Assembly (NCBI GenBank): GCA_041736175.1
Contig: JBGSUI010000148.1
Coordinates: forward strand, 63,640 to 127,639
Direction: 5' to 3'
Length of the DNA stretch: 64,000 nucleotides
DNA from: Oligoflexales bacterium
GTDB taxonomy: Bacteria > Bdellovibrionota_B > Oligoflexia > Oligoflexales > CAIYRB01
In this document: one piece after another, positions 29,264 through 38,539 of the stretch
Numbering within the stretch: position 1 is the first letter of the stretch
How the letters are laid out: every line of letters starts with the position of its first letter
Program-made: the position numbers and the translations under genes
Notes under the pieces: model-generated
What the model was told of the DNA's origin: nothing
The model's database searches: none
What the model saw: only the letters and a program-made list of their open reading frames with translations

Positions 29264-29812
29264 ATGATAAAAAAATGGATACCCCCGGTGCTTCTGGGCA
29301 TCTTTGTCTTTGCTGGATTGCTCTACTGGCTGGTTTCTAAACGCAGCGGTGATGATGCTGCCGGAGTGCATTCTAACGTCCCGTCAACCCCTGCTGACTC
29401 TGATATGGTGGAGGAGTTTGGAGACGGGCTAGACACGGAAGGCGCGGAAAACACCTTTGAAATGTCAGATGGTGGAAAAAAGACGCCCCCCAATCTTCCG
29501 GAGGAGGGTGGGTTTGATGAATCGGGCATAGGCCAGGAGATGGACGGACTGCCTCGGGAGGAGGACGACCTTGGGCCTGGTCTAGGTGGTGTCGATGGCA
29601 ATGGTAGCCCGGGAGGTCTTCCGGACACCGAAAACACCGCTCCTATGGATGAGATCGATACTATCGATGACGATGAAGGTGAAACCCTCGATTCTAAAAA
29701 CCACACATCAACAGGGACTGGGGTTTCCACGGGAGCGGGTCCGACGGGGGCTGGATTTCAACAAGATACAAATAATCAAACAGGAACCCCAGGGGCGGTC
29801 CCGGGTCCTTAA
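29264..29812 (+). CDS. Membrane-anchored acidic low-complexity protein
   Basis: AAGGA RBS, single N-terminal TM helix, D/E/G/P-rich disordered tail. Confidence 0.75.
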   Translation: MIKKWIPPVLLGIFVFAGLLYWLVSKRSGDDAAGVHSNVPSTPADSDMVEEFGDGLDTEGAENTFEMSDGGKKTPPNLPEEGGFDESGIGQEMDGLPREEDDLGPGLGGVDGNGSPGGLPDTENTAPMDEIDTIDDDEGETLDSKNHTSTGTGVSTGAGPTGAGFQQDTNNQTGTPGAVPGP

Positions 29813-29896
29813 GGCTTTTAAGATCTTTTACAAAAAACTTTTCACTTTTCAGGGATAAGAAGGGCTATCAAAGGTCCTTCCTATCCCGGATGAAAT

Positions 29897-30100
29897 TCAG
29901 CCTGGTTTCCCCATTTTGCGCATCTGTTTGATGCGTCTTTTGCGGGCAGCAATCGCTTTTTTCTTGCATTTGACAGACGGCTTTTCGTAGTGCTGGTTCT
30001 TTTTCAAGTCGCCGATAACACCGGCTTTCTCTACTTGCTTTTTAAAGATCCGAAGCACTTTGTCAATGGGTTCCCCGTCTCGCACTTTAATTCCCGGCAT
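29897..30100 (-). CDS. rpsU: 30S ribosomal protein S21
   Basis: [43 protein letters not shown]. Confidence 0.96.
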   Translation of the reverse strand: MPGIKVRDGEPIDKVLRIFKKQVEKAGVIGDLKKNQHYEKPSVKCKKKAIAARKRRIKQMRKMGKPG

Positions 30101-30287
30101 GTGGTTCCTTTCTTGGGTACCTGCTTAGAAGGGCCTATGGGTAAAAAAACGAATAGTCCTCGTATTCAACTGAGGCGTGGCAACGTAACAAACAATAATG
30201 ATATCATGCAACACTTAGTTTCAGCGGTTGTTGACTATTTTCCCGTAACATCATGAAATGATCATGAAATCAGTATGGAAACCAATC

Positions 30288-31562
30288 ATGACTAACGACA
30301 AATCTCCCCGAAAAAGCTTTCTTCCGGTTCCGAACGACTCTCATTTTCCACTGGCCAATCTCCCCTGGGGTATCTTTAGGCGCGCACCTGGGGCCCAGCC
30401 GACGGTGGGGGTCGCCCTAGGGGATCAGATCGTCGACCTCCACCATCTGGCCCTTAAGGGATATGTGACGACTGGCCATAGCCCAGGGCTCTTTACCACG
30501 GGACGCCTTAACGAGCTAGCCGGCGAAGGGCCGGATCTTGGACGCCAGATCCGAAGCCAACTCCAAAAAATCCTTGCAGAGGATTGTCCGACTCTCCGTG
30601 ATCAACCATCCCTACACAAGGATTTGTTTTATCCACAAAAATCCGCCATCATGGATCTTCCCTTTGCCAGCGGTGGCTTTACGGATTTTTATTCGTCCAT
30701 CAACCATGCCTCTAACGTCGGTCGACTCTTTAGAGATAAGGACAATCCGCTCCTTCCAAACTGGCGCCATCTCCCCGTTGCCTACAATGGCAGAGCCAGT
30801 ACCCTGGTTCCATCGGGAACTCCGATCCCTAGGCCCAAGGGCCAAATCAGTCCAGGCCCCGGGCTGCCCCCAGTCTATGGACCTTCGCAAAAGTTAGATT
30901 TCGAACTCGAGCTGGGCTACTACATCGGTGTGGAAAACCCCCATGGCACACCCATCCCCGTCGACCGGGCTAGCGAGCATATCTTTGGATTGGTCCTTGT
31001 CAACGACTGGAGTGCTCGGGATCACCAGGCCTGGGAGTATGTGCCCCTCGGGCCTTTTTTAAGTAAGAGCTTTGCCACCTCGGTATCCCCATGGGTGGTG
31101 TCTCCAGACGCTTTAAAACCATTTTTAAGGCCGATGGCGTCCCAAGATCCTAAGCCGCTCGCTTATCTGTGCGAAGGCCAACGTCAGGTCTATGATGTCA
31201 CGCTAGAAGTCTGGTTAACCCCCGCACAAACAGGGGTGCCCCAGAAAATCGCCACCACCAACACCCAGGAGCTTTACTGGTCCTTAAGCCAACAGATCGC
31301 CCACCACACAGTCAATGGATGTAAACTGCAAATTGGCGACCTCCTGGCTACGGGAACCATCAGTGGGCCAACTCCTCAGAGTTTAGGAAGTCTCTTAGAA
31401 ATGACCCTTAATGGCACCCAAGCGCTCCAGCTCCCAGGTGGGCTCTCCCGCCGCTTCCTTGAAGATCTGGACGAGGTCGCCCTGGTGGCCTATGGGCAAG
31501 GGCAGGACTACCGGATCGGGTTTGGTGAGGTCCGCGGTAAAATCCTCCCTGCTCCAGTCTAA
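30288..31562 (+). CDS. fahA: Fumarylacetoacetase
   Basis: HFPLANLPWG, TDFYSS, PVAYNGRAS, LDFELE, NDWSARDHQAWEYVPLGPF and TGTISGP. Confidence 0.95.
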   Translation: MTNDKSPRKSFLPVPNDSHFPLANLPWGIFRRAPGAQPTVGVALGDQIVDLHHLALKGYVTTGHSPGLFTTGRLNELAGEGPDLGRQIRSQLQKILAEDCPTLRDQPSLHKDLFYPQKSAIMDLPFASGGFTDFYSSINHASNVGRLFRDKDNPLLPNWRHLPVAYNGRASTLVPSGTPIPRPKGQISPGPGLPPVYGPSQKLDFELELGYYIGVENPHGTPIPVDRASEHIFGLVLVNDWSARDHQAWEYVPLGPFLSKSFATSVSPWVVSPDALKPFLRPMASQDPKPLAYLCEGQRQVYDVTLEVWLTPAQTGVPQKIATTNTQELYWSLSQQIAHHTVNGCKLQIGDLLATGTISGPTPQSLGSLLEMTLNGTQALQLPGGLSRRFLEDLDEVALVAYGQGQDYRIGFGEVRGKILPAPV

Positions 31563-31569
31563 AAGCTGA

Positions 31570-32559
31570 TCAACCGCCAGACTTAACGTTGAGGTTGGCG
31601 GCGTTTTTTCCCCCTGGTAGGAGGCCGCTAAAGGGAGAATCCCCGGAGTCTCCCCCACCACACATGGCCTCGAATCGAGCGCCGTTGGTGCTAGCAAAGC
31701 GGCTCACTTTGGTGAAGTCGGGATCACTGATCTCAAATCGAGAGTACTTGATCAAAGCTTGGGACTGGGGGCTTGAAAGGTCTACAAAGTAGTTGGTGGC
31801 CAGGTTGCCGTTCAACCCATAGGCGGAGCCGATGCCCAGGAGGATTCCATCGGGGTTGGTTCCATCAGAGGCAAAGACCGGCCCCCCTGAGTCGCCCTTT
31901 CCAGCGACTGCTTCCCCTTTAGAAAGATCGCCGACCACTGTAAGGTAACCCCGGTCGCTGGCTAGGGCGGCAATCTTGTTTTTACCGGTGTTTTTGTTGC
32001 CGACTCCGGTCTTTAAGTCCGGGCCTATGGCTCCATAGCCCACCAGGGTGACTTCAGAACCTACCGCGGGCGGTGTACCAGGGGACGCAGGGACTGGATA
32101 CCGTGGCAACACAAAGGTGTTTGGTTCGAACTTGATCACGGTCAGGTCGATCCCAATCTGTTCCTCTAAGATGGTGTCGGAGCCAAGGGTTTCGGGAAAA
32201 GCCCAACCCGTGAGGGCTGTGGCCGTTTTTTTGCCGTTAAATCCCTGAACACTCAGAGCAGCCTCTATGCCCTGGTATTGAGCTTGGCCAGGGTTTGCGG
32301 TGCTCGCCTTTTTAATACAGTGGGCGGCTGCAAGCACGGTCTCCTCATTGATGATCACACCGGTACAGATTTGTTCGTCGTTGGCAAAAAATCCCGAGCG
32401 GGGTTTGACCAGCAGTTTAATAACGCTGGGAAACTGCTCAGGGGAAACCGCTTGACCATTCACGATTTTGGTTTCCGATGTCTCTGCAAGTTCTTGGGAG
32501 CAGGCTCCAAGGCTTGAAAGTCCCAAAGAAAACAGATAGGTTAATTTTCCTAGGCCCAT
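31570..32559 (-). CDS. Trypsin-like (S1) serine protease lipoprotein
   Basis: Lipobox LGAC, IVNG activation site, AAHC, DLTV and GDSGGP. Confidence 0.92.
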   Translation of the reverse strand: MGLGKLTYLFSLGLSSLGACSQELAETSETKIVNGQAVSPEQFPSVIKLLVKPRSGFFANDEQICTGVIINEETVLAAAHCIKKASTANPGQAQYQGIEAALSVQGFNGKKTATALTGWAFPETLGSDTILEEQIGIDLTVIKFEPNTFVLPRYPVPASPGTPPAVGSEVTLVGYGAIGPDLKTGVGNKNTGKNKIAALASDRGYLTVVGDLSKGEAVAGKGDSGGPVFASDGTNPDGILLGIGSAYGLNGNLATNYFVDLSSPQSQALIKYSRFEISDPDFTKVSRFASTNGARFEAMCGGGDSGDSPFSGLLPGGKNAANLNVKSGG

Positions 32560-32608
32560 AAATGGTCCTCCATAAGATTGTTAAAAAAATTTTTGATTGC
32601 CTACAATC

Positions 32609-32636
32609 TCTTCGGATAAAATTCAGAAAAAGTTTA
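32609..32636 (-). promoter_or_regulatory. Sigma28/FliA-like promoter
   Basis: TAAA-N16-TCCGAAGA on the minus strand, upstream of the protease gene. Confidence 0.5.
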
Positions 32637-32688
32637 GATAAAATAAAAAGTATCTAAAATAACCTAATAATATCGATACTTGATAAAC

Positions 32689-32716
32689 AAAAAAAGCCGG
32701 TTTTTAAACCGGCTTT
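32689..32716 (-). terminator. Intrinsic terminator of the 32750-34255 gene
   Basis: Hairpin AAAGCCGGTT/AACCGGCTTT followed by a T-run on the minus strand. Confidence 0.8.
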
Positions 32717-32749
32717 CGAGGGGAGTTAGGCCCCTTTAGAAGATCAATC

Positions 32750-34255
32750 TTACTGCTTGAGGAGTGCTTCGAGTTTTACAATCTCGTCTTCCGTAAGGAC
32801 CCTAAAGCGGACTGGAGGCATCTTTTTAGGATCATCGACGGGAAGACGCAGTCTCTCGATGGCCAGATCTTTTTCCTCTCGGCTCATTTTGGAAAGGTTT
32901 ACATCGAACTTAGCCCGACTGATGTTTTGGTTGAGTTTAGAGTTATGACATTGGTTACAGCCCTGGATCAAAATGCCATTGGCATCGAGGCCTTGTTTGA
33001 CCATAAAGCCCATATCTCGCAGCCCTGAATCCAGGAGCACATCCCTTAGGTCAGGAAACTGCGCCGCATCGAGGTTTCCTGCACGGTATTGTTTATAAGA
33101 GGTCGCGACATTTTTGAGTTTATTGGTGTCATAGGCTTTGATCTGATGGAAAGGAGGAGCGATCGCATTGCCTTTGACAAAGTTTTCGTAGAGCCGGCTC
33201 CAGTTTGCTCCCCCGCTGCCGCGGAGCCCTGATTCGATCTCGATGGTCCGTGAAGGGAATTCATTGGGTTGGTTACCGTTGCCTGCACCGCGGATAAATC
33301 GTTCCAGTTTGGCAGGATCTGAGTTACGCACCCTGTTTGCAGGGACCCCCGCAAATTCTTCGCCTGCATGGACCGTTTCAAAATCCGCAAGCAGAGCCCG
33401 GCCGCCGGTGGTGTTGTCGCGCATAAAGTGGGTCCAGGGGTTGGTAAGCTCTTGCATTCTAAAAATCTTGCTGGTACCGGCCCCACCAGGTTGGTGGCAC
33501 TGTTTACAGTCAAAAATCGTGTTTTCGACGTCCACATCTTCGTAGATCGTTACCGATTTCCAGTTAGACTCGATGGCAGGTGACATAAGATCCGCGTTCG
33601 AACACTTTCCCTCGCCGTCGTTACAGGCCTGGGTGAACTTGACTAGGAAAAACTTAAGCTCACGGGTCCTTGTATCGGTCGCGATAATCTCGGCAAACTG
33701 CTCTCCTCGCACAAATCCAAGAGCCACATTACCACCAGCGTTGTTAAACATCACTAACCTTGGATTCGCGGCTGAAGTAAACTTTGACACCAGAGAGCTA
33801 GAATGGGCTGTAAAGGTAAACCCAGTGCTTCCTATAAGATTGTTTAGAATACCACCGCTACCATCAACACTCAGGCCTAGGGCGGCTTGGAGTTCTTTAA
33901 GACTTGAGATCTTGGGAGGCTGGGCCGCACAAAACACCTGCCTTACTTTATCTTGCCCATTTCGCGCACACAGGACCTTTCTCTGGTCTTCGCCCGTGGG
34001 CAACTCCCCTAGGACATCTTTGTTTAGATTGGCTCCTTGGCCGGCGTCACCACCGAAGGCGCCCTGGCTTCCGGCACCGCCCCCCTGGGTAGAGGCTCCG
34101 GGATTTGCGCCCCCATCACCTTCGGGCTCTTCATTTTCGTATTCAGGATTTACACCTTGGGTGGAAGTATTGTTACAACTGATGGTACTATAGGTCACAC
34201 CATAGGCCACAACTAAAAATAATACTGTTTTTTCTAAACAACTCTTGCGAATCAC
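32750..34255 (-). CDS. Lipoprotein with two CxxCH heme-binding motifs (putative c-type cytochrome)
   Basis: Lipobox TISC; CKQCH and CNQCH; distal MPP; GTG 34255 with GGAG RBS. Confidence 0.72.
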   Translation of the reverse strand: MIRKSCLEKTVLFLVVAYGVTYSTISCNNTSTQGVNPEYENEEPEGDGGANPGASTQGGGAGSQGAFGGDAGQGANLNKDVLGELPTGEDQRKVLCARNGQDKVRQVFCAAQPPKISSLKELQAALGLSVDGSGGILNNLIGSTGFTFTAHSSSLVSKFTSAANPRLVMFNNAGGNVALGFVRGEQFAEIIATDTRTRELKFFLVKFTQACNDGEGKCSNADLMSPAIESNWKSVTIYEDVDVENTIFDCKQCHQPGGAGTSKIFRMQELTNPWTHFMRDNTTGGRALLADFETVHAGEEFAGVPANRVRNSDPAKLERFIRGAGNGNQPNEFPSRTIEIESGLRGSGGANWSRLYENFVKGNAIAPPFHQIKAYDTNKLKNVATSYKQYRAGNLDAAQFPDLRDVLLDSGLRDMGFMVKQGLDANGILIQGCNQCHNSKLNQNISRAKFDVNLSKMSREEKDLAIERLRLPVDDPKKMPPVRFRVLTEDEIVKLEALLKQ

Positions 34256-34370
34256 ATCAACTCCCTTTGAGTGCCCCTTTCTCATAATTTCGTGTGGGGC
34301 CATTCTGGACATTCCAATTTCGCCGCTTAAAGTCTTCGGGTTTCTGCCGTCTTAGGCACGACCGGAACCG

Positions 34371-34398
34371 TTATCGGCATATTTGCGGCAAATCTTTA
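34371..34398 (-). promoter_or_regulatory. Sigma28/FliA-like promoter
   Basis: TAAA-N16-GCCGATAA (consensus -10 element) on the minus strand. Confidence 0.7.
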
Positions 34399-34500
34399 GC
34401 AGAAAATAGCAATTTTTCTAGGTGTCTAGAGCTTTTACGCAAGTGGCGAAAGATCCTACAGGCTCGCTAAAGCCTTAAGTCGATCGCTGGCCCGTCCTCT

Positions 34501-35583
34501 TTAGGAGGCTCTATGACCAAAACCACCTTGACCATGGGACCACCTGATCACAAATCGGGTGTTAGCGACTTGGTCGTCCACATCAATCGTGCCTCGGTGA
34601 TGTTCGACAATCGAACGGACCAGAGATAGGCCAATGCCGGTGCCCTTGTTCACGTCTTTTGTGGTAAAAAATGGCTCAAACATTTTTTGTTTGATCCCAG
34701 GGGGAATGCCGTTACCTGAATCAGTCACGGTGATCAGCGTCTCCGACTCAGAGATGCTGGATTCGATTTGGATCCATTTATCGGCTTGATTTTGGACAGC
34801 ATCAAAGGCGTTAGAGAGAAGGTTGAGGATAACCTGGGAGATCCGTGACGACTGGCAAAGGGTGACGGCTAGGTCTGTGTGATGTTCATAGGTCAAGGCC
34901 ACTCCGCTTAGGCTAAACCGTTCGCGGCAGATCTCGATACACCCCTTAAGGAGTTCAGGAAGGTTGGTCTCCGCAAAATCGTCTTCTTCGCCACCACGGG
35001 CAATGTTGAGGAGACCACGGATAATCTTTGCGATCCTTTCTGCAGTTGTTTGGATTTTAGCAAGCCTCTCGATGGCTTTAGGGAGATCAAGGGGAGTTTT
35101 TTGGAGAACTTGGCTTAAAAAATTGCAGTTCCCTAAGATGATGGTGATGGGATTATTGATTTCATGGGCCATACCACCGGCCATCTCCCCGAGGGCGATC
35201 AGTCGCGACGAGTTAGCCAGTTTAGCTTGTTGTTCCACAAGGAGTTTTTCAGCCTCAAGGCGCAGGGTAATATCCTGGGCCGTGCAGACGACGTGGGTTA
35301 CTTTTCCCTGGCGAAGTGCGGGTTGGTAGCAGACTTCGTATTTCTTGTTTTCAAACTCGACGAGAGCGTTAAAATTCTGGTGGTTTAAGGCCCTTTTTAA
35401 GTGATTGACTGAAATGGGCAGAGATCGACGGATTTTTTGAGCCGGTTGGCCTAGTAAAAGGCTTTTATCCAGCCCCATTTCTGCTGCTAAAAGGCCACCT
35501 ATAAGCTTGATGGTGCCCTCATGATCAAAAACAATCACCAACATGGGAAGATTGTCGATAACATATTGAGAATCGAGTTCTAT
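34501..35583 (-). CDS. PAS-domain sensor histidine kinase
   Basis: H-box AHEINNP, N-box NLLSNAFDA, G1 DSGNG, F-box PFFTTK and G2 GTGIGL. The PAS motif begins upstream of ATG 35544, suggesting an ATA start at 35583. Confidence 0.88.
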   Translation of the reverse strand: MELDSQYVIDNLPMLVIVFDHEGTIKLIGGLLAAEMGLDKSLLLGQPAQKIRRSLPISVNHLKRALNHQNFNALVEFENKKYEVCYQPALRQGKVTHVVCTAQDITLRLEAEKLLVEQQAKLANSSRLIALGEMAGGMAHEINNPITIILGNCNFLSQVLQKTPLDLPKAIERLAKIQTTAERIAKIIRGLLNIARGGEEDDFAETNLPELLKGCIEICRERFSLSGVALTYEHHTDLAVTLCQSSRISQVILNLLSNAFDAVQNQADKWIQIESSISESETLITVTDSGNGIPPGIKQKMFEPFFTTKDVNKGTGIGLSLVRSIVEHHRGTIDVDDQVANTRFVIRWSHGQGGFGHRAS

Positions 35584-35593
35584 AGGGAAAACC

Positions 35594-36109
35594 TCATGAA
35601 ACTTTTTTAATTTTCTTACTGGTTTGGATCATGCGAGTCAAAAAGATCAAAGAATCGTCGCCGAGGGTCATTGAGTCGCCACATTTGCTACAGACGTGGG
35701 TTTCCTCTTGGAGTTTGTCGATGGTTGTGAGGTTTGCAACAAGCTCATTGAGCCTATAGAGTTTAACCTCGTCATGATAGCAATTGTTGCAAAAAAACTG
35801 TCCATAGGCCGATTCGATCGCAGCGCTACCCTGGAAGGATACGATCATATTAGTTTGGGCCACAAAATCCACGGAGCATTCGACAAAGGTGACTTGGGTT
35901 TTATGGAGCAAAAGTGTCAAAAAGCGCACCCAGGCCATCGCACCGAGGGAGTTGATGCTATCAACTTTACTGAGGTTGATGGTACAAGGGCCTTTGATTT
36001 CTTCGATAAACGGCAATAGGATGGGTCCGCATTGCTCGTCAATCGGCCCGTCTATGGTGAGGGTGGACGACTGTTTATCATAGGTGATACTGAGTTCTTT
36101 CTTAGACAT
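35594..36109 (-). CDS. STAS-like domain protein with C-terminal zinc ribbon
   Basis: IDGPIDE, INLSKVDSINSLGAMAW (STAS phosphorylatable Ser), CNNC and CSKC. Confidence 0.75.
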   Translation of the reverse strand: MSKKELSITYDKQSSTLTIDGPIDEQCGPILLPFIEEIKGPCTINLSKVDSINSLGAMAWVRFLTLLLHKTQVTFVECSVDFVAQTNMIVSFQGSAAIESAYGQFFCNNCYHDEVKLYRLNELVANLTTIDKLQEETHVCSKCGDSMTLGDDSLIFLTRMIQTSKKIKKVS

Positions 36110-36349
36110 CGGGACGGCCTGGTGTAGGATTAAGTGTTAGGATCCCCTACTTGTCACATCTCATCTTCCTTTCGGCTTAAGATGGAAAAAAATGAGGGAC
36201 TGGAGTGCGCTGGTGGCCACTAGGAGTTGGCCCAGTTATTGCAGCATAGTAGGCTCTACCAACTTTCTGTGGTATCGGATATTGATTTTGAATTTAACAA
36301 AAATCATGCCATTCTAGAAACAAAACAATGTTAGGGGGTCGTTAGTCCT

Positions 36350-37321
36350 ATGAAGATTTATCTGCCAATGTTAACGGTATGGATGGCTAGTCTCTGGCTC
36401 TCTTTAACCCCAGCCACCGCCCAAACTAAAGAAGGACTTAAGATCGATGCTTCACCTGGCCTCGCCGAAATCACCCATATCAAACTTTGGCTCGGTAAAA
36501 ATCCAGGACCAGGTAAACAGGGGGTCGGACGTGGAAATGAAAAATTATTTATCCTAAAGGATCTTAAAATAGCCGAAGCGGAAGCTTATGACTCCCAGCT
36601 CCAAACAAAACTCCATTATCGAGGGATCAACCTACGGGATCTTATCGCCCTGATCAGCCCGATGCCACCCACTGTCGATATCATCATCCTGCACACGAGC
36701 AACGGCTTAAGGATCCCCGTGGCGATCAAAGACTTGACCTCAGATCGGCAGATTTTTTTAGCAACCTCCTTTAAAAAAGATGGTCAGTGGTCTAAGGAAT
36801 TTCCCACACCTCCCCCCACTTCCCCTAAAGGTGTTCCCCTGGTCTTTCTCGGCAACAAGCTCGTGGCCGGTACCCAGTACCAGGTGAAAGACTCATCGGG
36901 AGGCTCCTCGGGTTTTAGCCTTTGGGACTATGCTGCCAGTCTTACCGGGGTCGAAGCCGTAGAGTCTCGGGCATACTACCAAAGCTTTAACCGCATCGAT
37001 GGCAAAAGCACCAGTCTCGGGCATACCCTCTTCCAAGGACGTTGCTGGTCGTGCCATAACGTCAAAGGCGAAGGGGGGCAATGGGGCCCTGATCTGACGA
37101 CCATCAAAGAAATCGACGACATCAAAGGGATAAAACAACTCTCCTTAAGGGTTGCTGGACCAAAATCCAAAAAAGACCAAGTGCTCAGCCACAGCATGCC
37201 CTACCAAAAGGACATCACCCTAAAAGAGTTAAAGTCCCTCTGGTTTTGGCTGAGAGAAATCAAAGCTAGCACCCTTGCACCCTACGATCCGACCTATGAA
37301 AAGTCGGTCAAATGGGAATAA
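36350..37321 (+). CDS. Secreted protein with C-terminal c-type cytochrome domain
   Basis: Signal peptide; CWSCH, GPDL and HSMP. Confidence 0.78.
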   Translation: MKIYLPMLTVWMASLWLSLTPATAQTKEGLKIDASPGLAEITHIKLWLGKNPGPGKQGVGRGNEKLFILKDLKIAEAEAYDSQLQTKLHYRGINLRDLIALISPMPPTVDIIILHTSNGLRIPVAIKDLTSDRQIFLATSFKKDGQWSKEFPTPPPTSPKGVPLVFLGNKLVAGTQYQVKDSSGGSSGFSLWDYAASLTGVEAVESRAYYQSFNRIDGKSTSLGHTLFQGRCWSCHNVKGEGGQWGPDLTTIKEIDDIKGIKQLSLRVAGPKSKKDQVLSHSMPYQKDITLKELKSLWFWLREIKASTLAPYDPTYEKSVKWE

Positions 37322-37341
37322 CCGGCTACAATCGATGGGCT

Positions 37342-38523
37342 TCACGGGGCGAGTGACTTGGCGACTTCGACCGCGAGTTTTCCTTGGCCTTTAGGCGAAA
37401 GATGAAAGCAGTCTCCAGCGATATCATCCCCATCAAACCGCACAGACTCTGAACGGGCTAGCCAATGAAAGCGGATATCACTGGGTTGAGGGGCGGTTTT
37501 TTGAAGATTTTGTACCACTTCCTCGCTTTTTTGGCGGAAAGCGCGGATGCGATTGGCGACAGTAGACAGGGTTTCTGGGGAGACATTGGCAAAAAGGTTT
37601 GGGCACATCCCGGCTGGTGACGGAGGCATGACGGAGCTAAAGAGCCAGGGAAACCAGGGGGCAAACCCGGTCTCCCCAGTGGTTTCGAGTTGGTCTTTGC
37701 TACTTTTGAGCTGGTCCTCTGTAGGAGTGAAATATTGTTTATGGAGGGTCCCACAGGTGGTCTGGTCTCCGAACGCTAAGACGGATTTTTCGAGGATGGA
37801 GGGGTTTGTTACAATTTGGGTCACATTGAGATAGGCGACCACATAGACATCGGTGCCTCCTGGGGGTAGAGGAAAGCGGCTTAGATACCTAAGTCCCTTA
37901 TCTAAATAAGCTGCGAAATCATCGGCTGGAGTCATCATAGGTAAAGTAGGTCCACAGATGTCGTTGCCGGTAAACAAAATAAAAACTTTATGGGGTAACA
38001 GACCTTGTCGAGCTACCAGGAGCCGGTCGATTTGGCGATTCAGGCTGCCTATTTTGGCACCATTTTCGGCGGCGATATAAATCTGTGAAGATTTAATGCC
38101 GAGTCCCTGGCCGAGCTGGTATCCCCAGGAGTATTCTTCGGTATTGAGAAAGGTTTGGCTGATACCATTGACAAAGACCAAAAAGGTGTATTGGACTCCA
38201 TGGAAAAGCTCCCGCCAGGTCGGCCAGGTGGCCCGAGGCTTGGCGAGGGGATCGGCATACTTCCAGGGAAGATCTTGGGGGAGGTCGGCGGCCTTAGGGG
38301 AGAGGGTATCAGGACCTAAAAAAACCTCCCAGAGTTTTTTGCGACTCAGAGTCAGTTGTGGATGACTCGCTGCACCTGTCGAAATACTATCACCGATAAA
38401 GGCGATGCTAGGCTCAAGGTCTTGGGCATGGGCTGGTCGGTCCTCTGTGGCGGCTAACCACAGTCCTAAGAACATCACCATCAATATCTTTAGAGCCAGG
38501 TGAAACAAGGGGGTTAAAAACAT
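37342..38523 (-). CDS. SGNH/GDSL hydrolase (secreted esterase/lipase)
   Basis: FIGDSIS, ENGA, FTGNDIC and DCFH. Confidence 0.88.
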   Translation of the reverse strand: MFLTPLFHLALKILMVMFLGLWLAATEDRPAHAQDLEPSIAFIGDSISTGAASHPQLTLSRKKLWEVFLGPDTLSPKAADLPQDLPWKYADPLAKPRATWPTWRELFHGVQYTFLVFVNGISQTFLNTEEYSWGYQLGQGLGIKSSQIYIAAENGAKIGSLNRQIDRLLVARQGLLPHKVFILFTGNDICGPTLPMMTPADDFAAYLDKGLRYLSRFPLPPGGTDVYVVAYLNVTQIVTNPSILEKSVLAFGDQTTCGTLHKQYFTPTEDQLKSSKDQLETTGETGFAPWFPWLFSSVMPPSPAGMCPNLFANVSPETLSTVANRIRAFRQKSEEVVQNLQKTAPQPSDIRFHWLARSESVRFDGDDIAGDCFHLSPKGQGKLAVEVAKSLAP

Positions 38524-38539
38524 AGCCAGCCTTTGGAGC

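Noticed and set aside
31570..31700. Second GDSG motif in the protease tail
   Set aside because: Lies in a short Gly-rich tail without the rest of a protease domain; probably coincidental.
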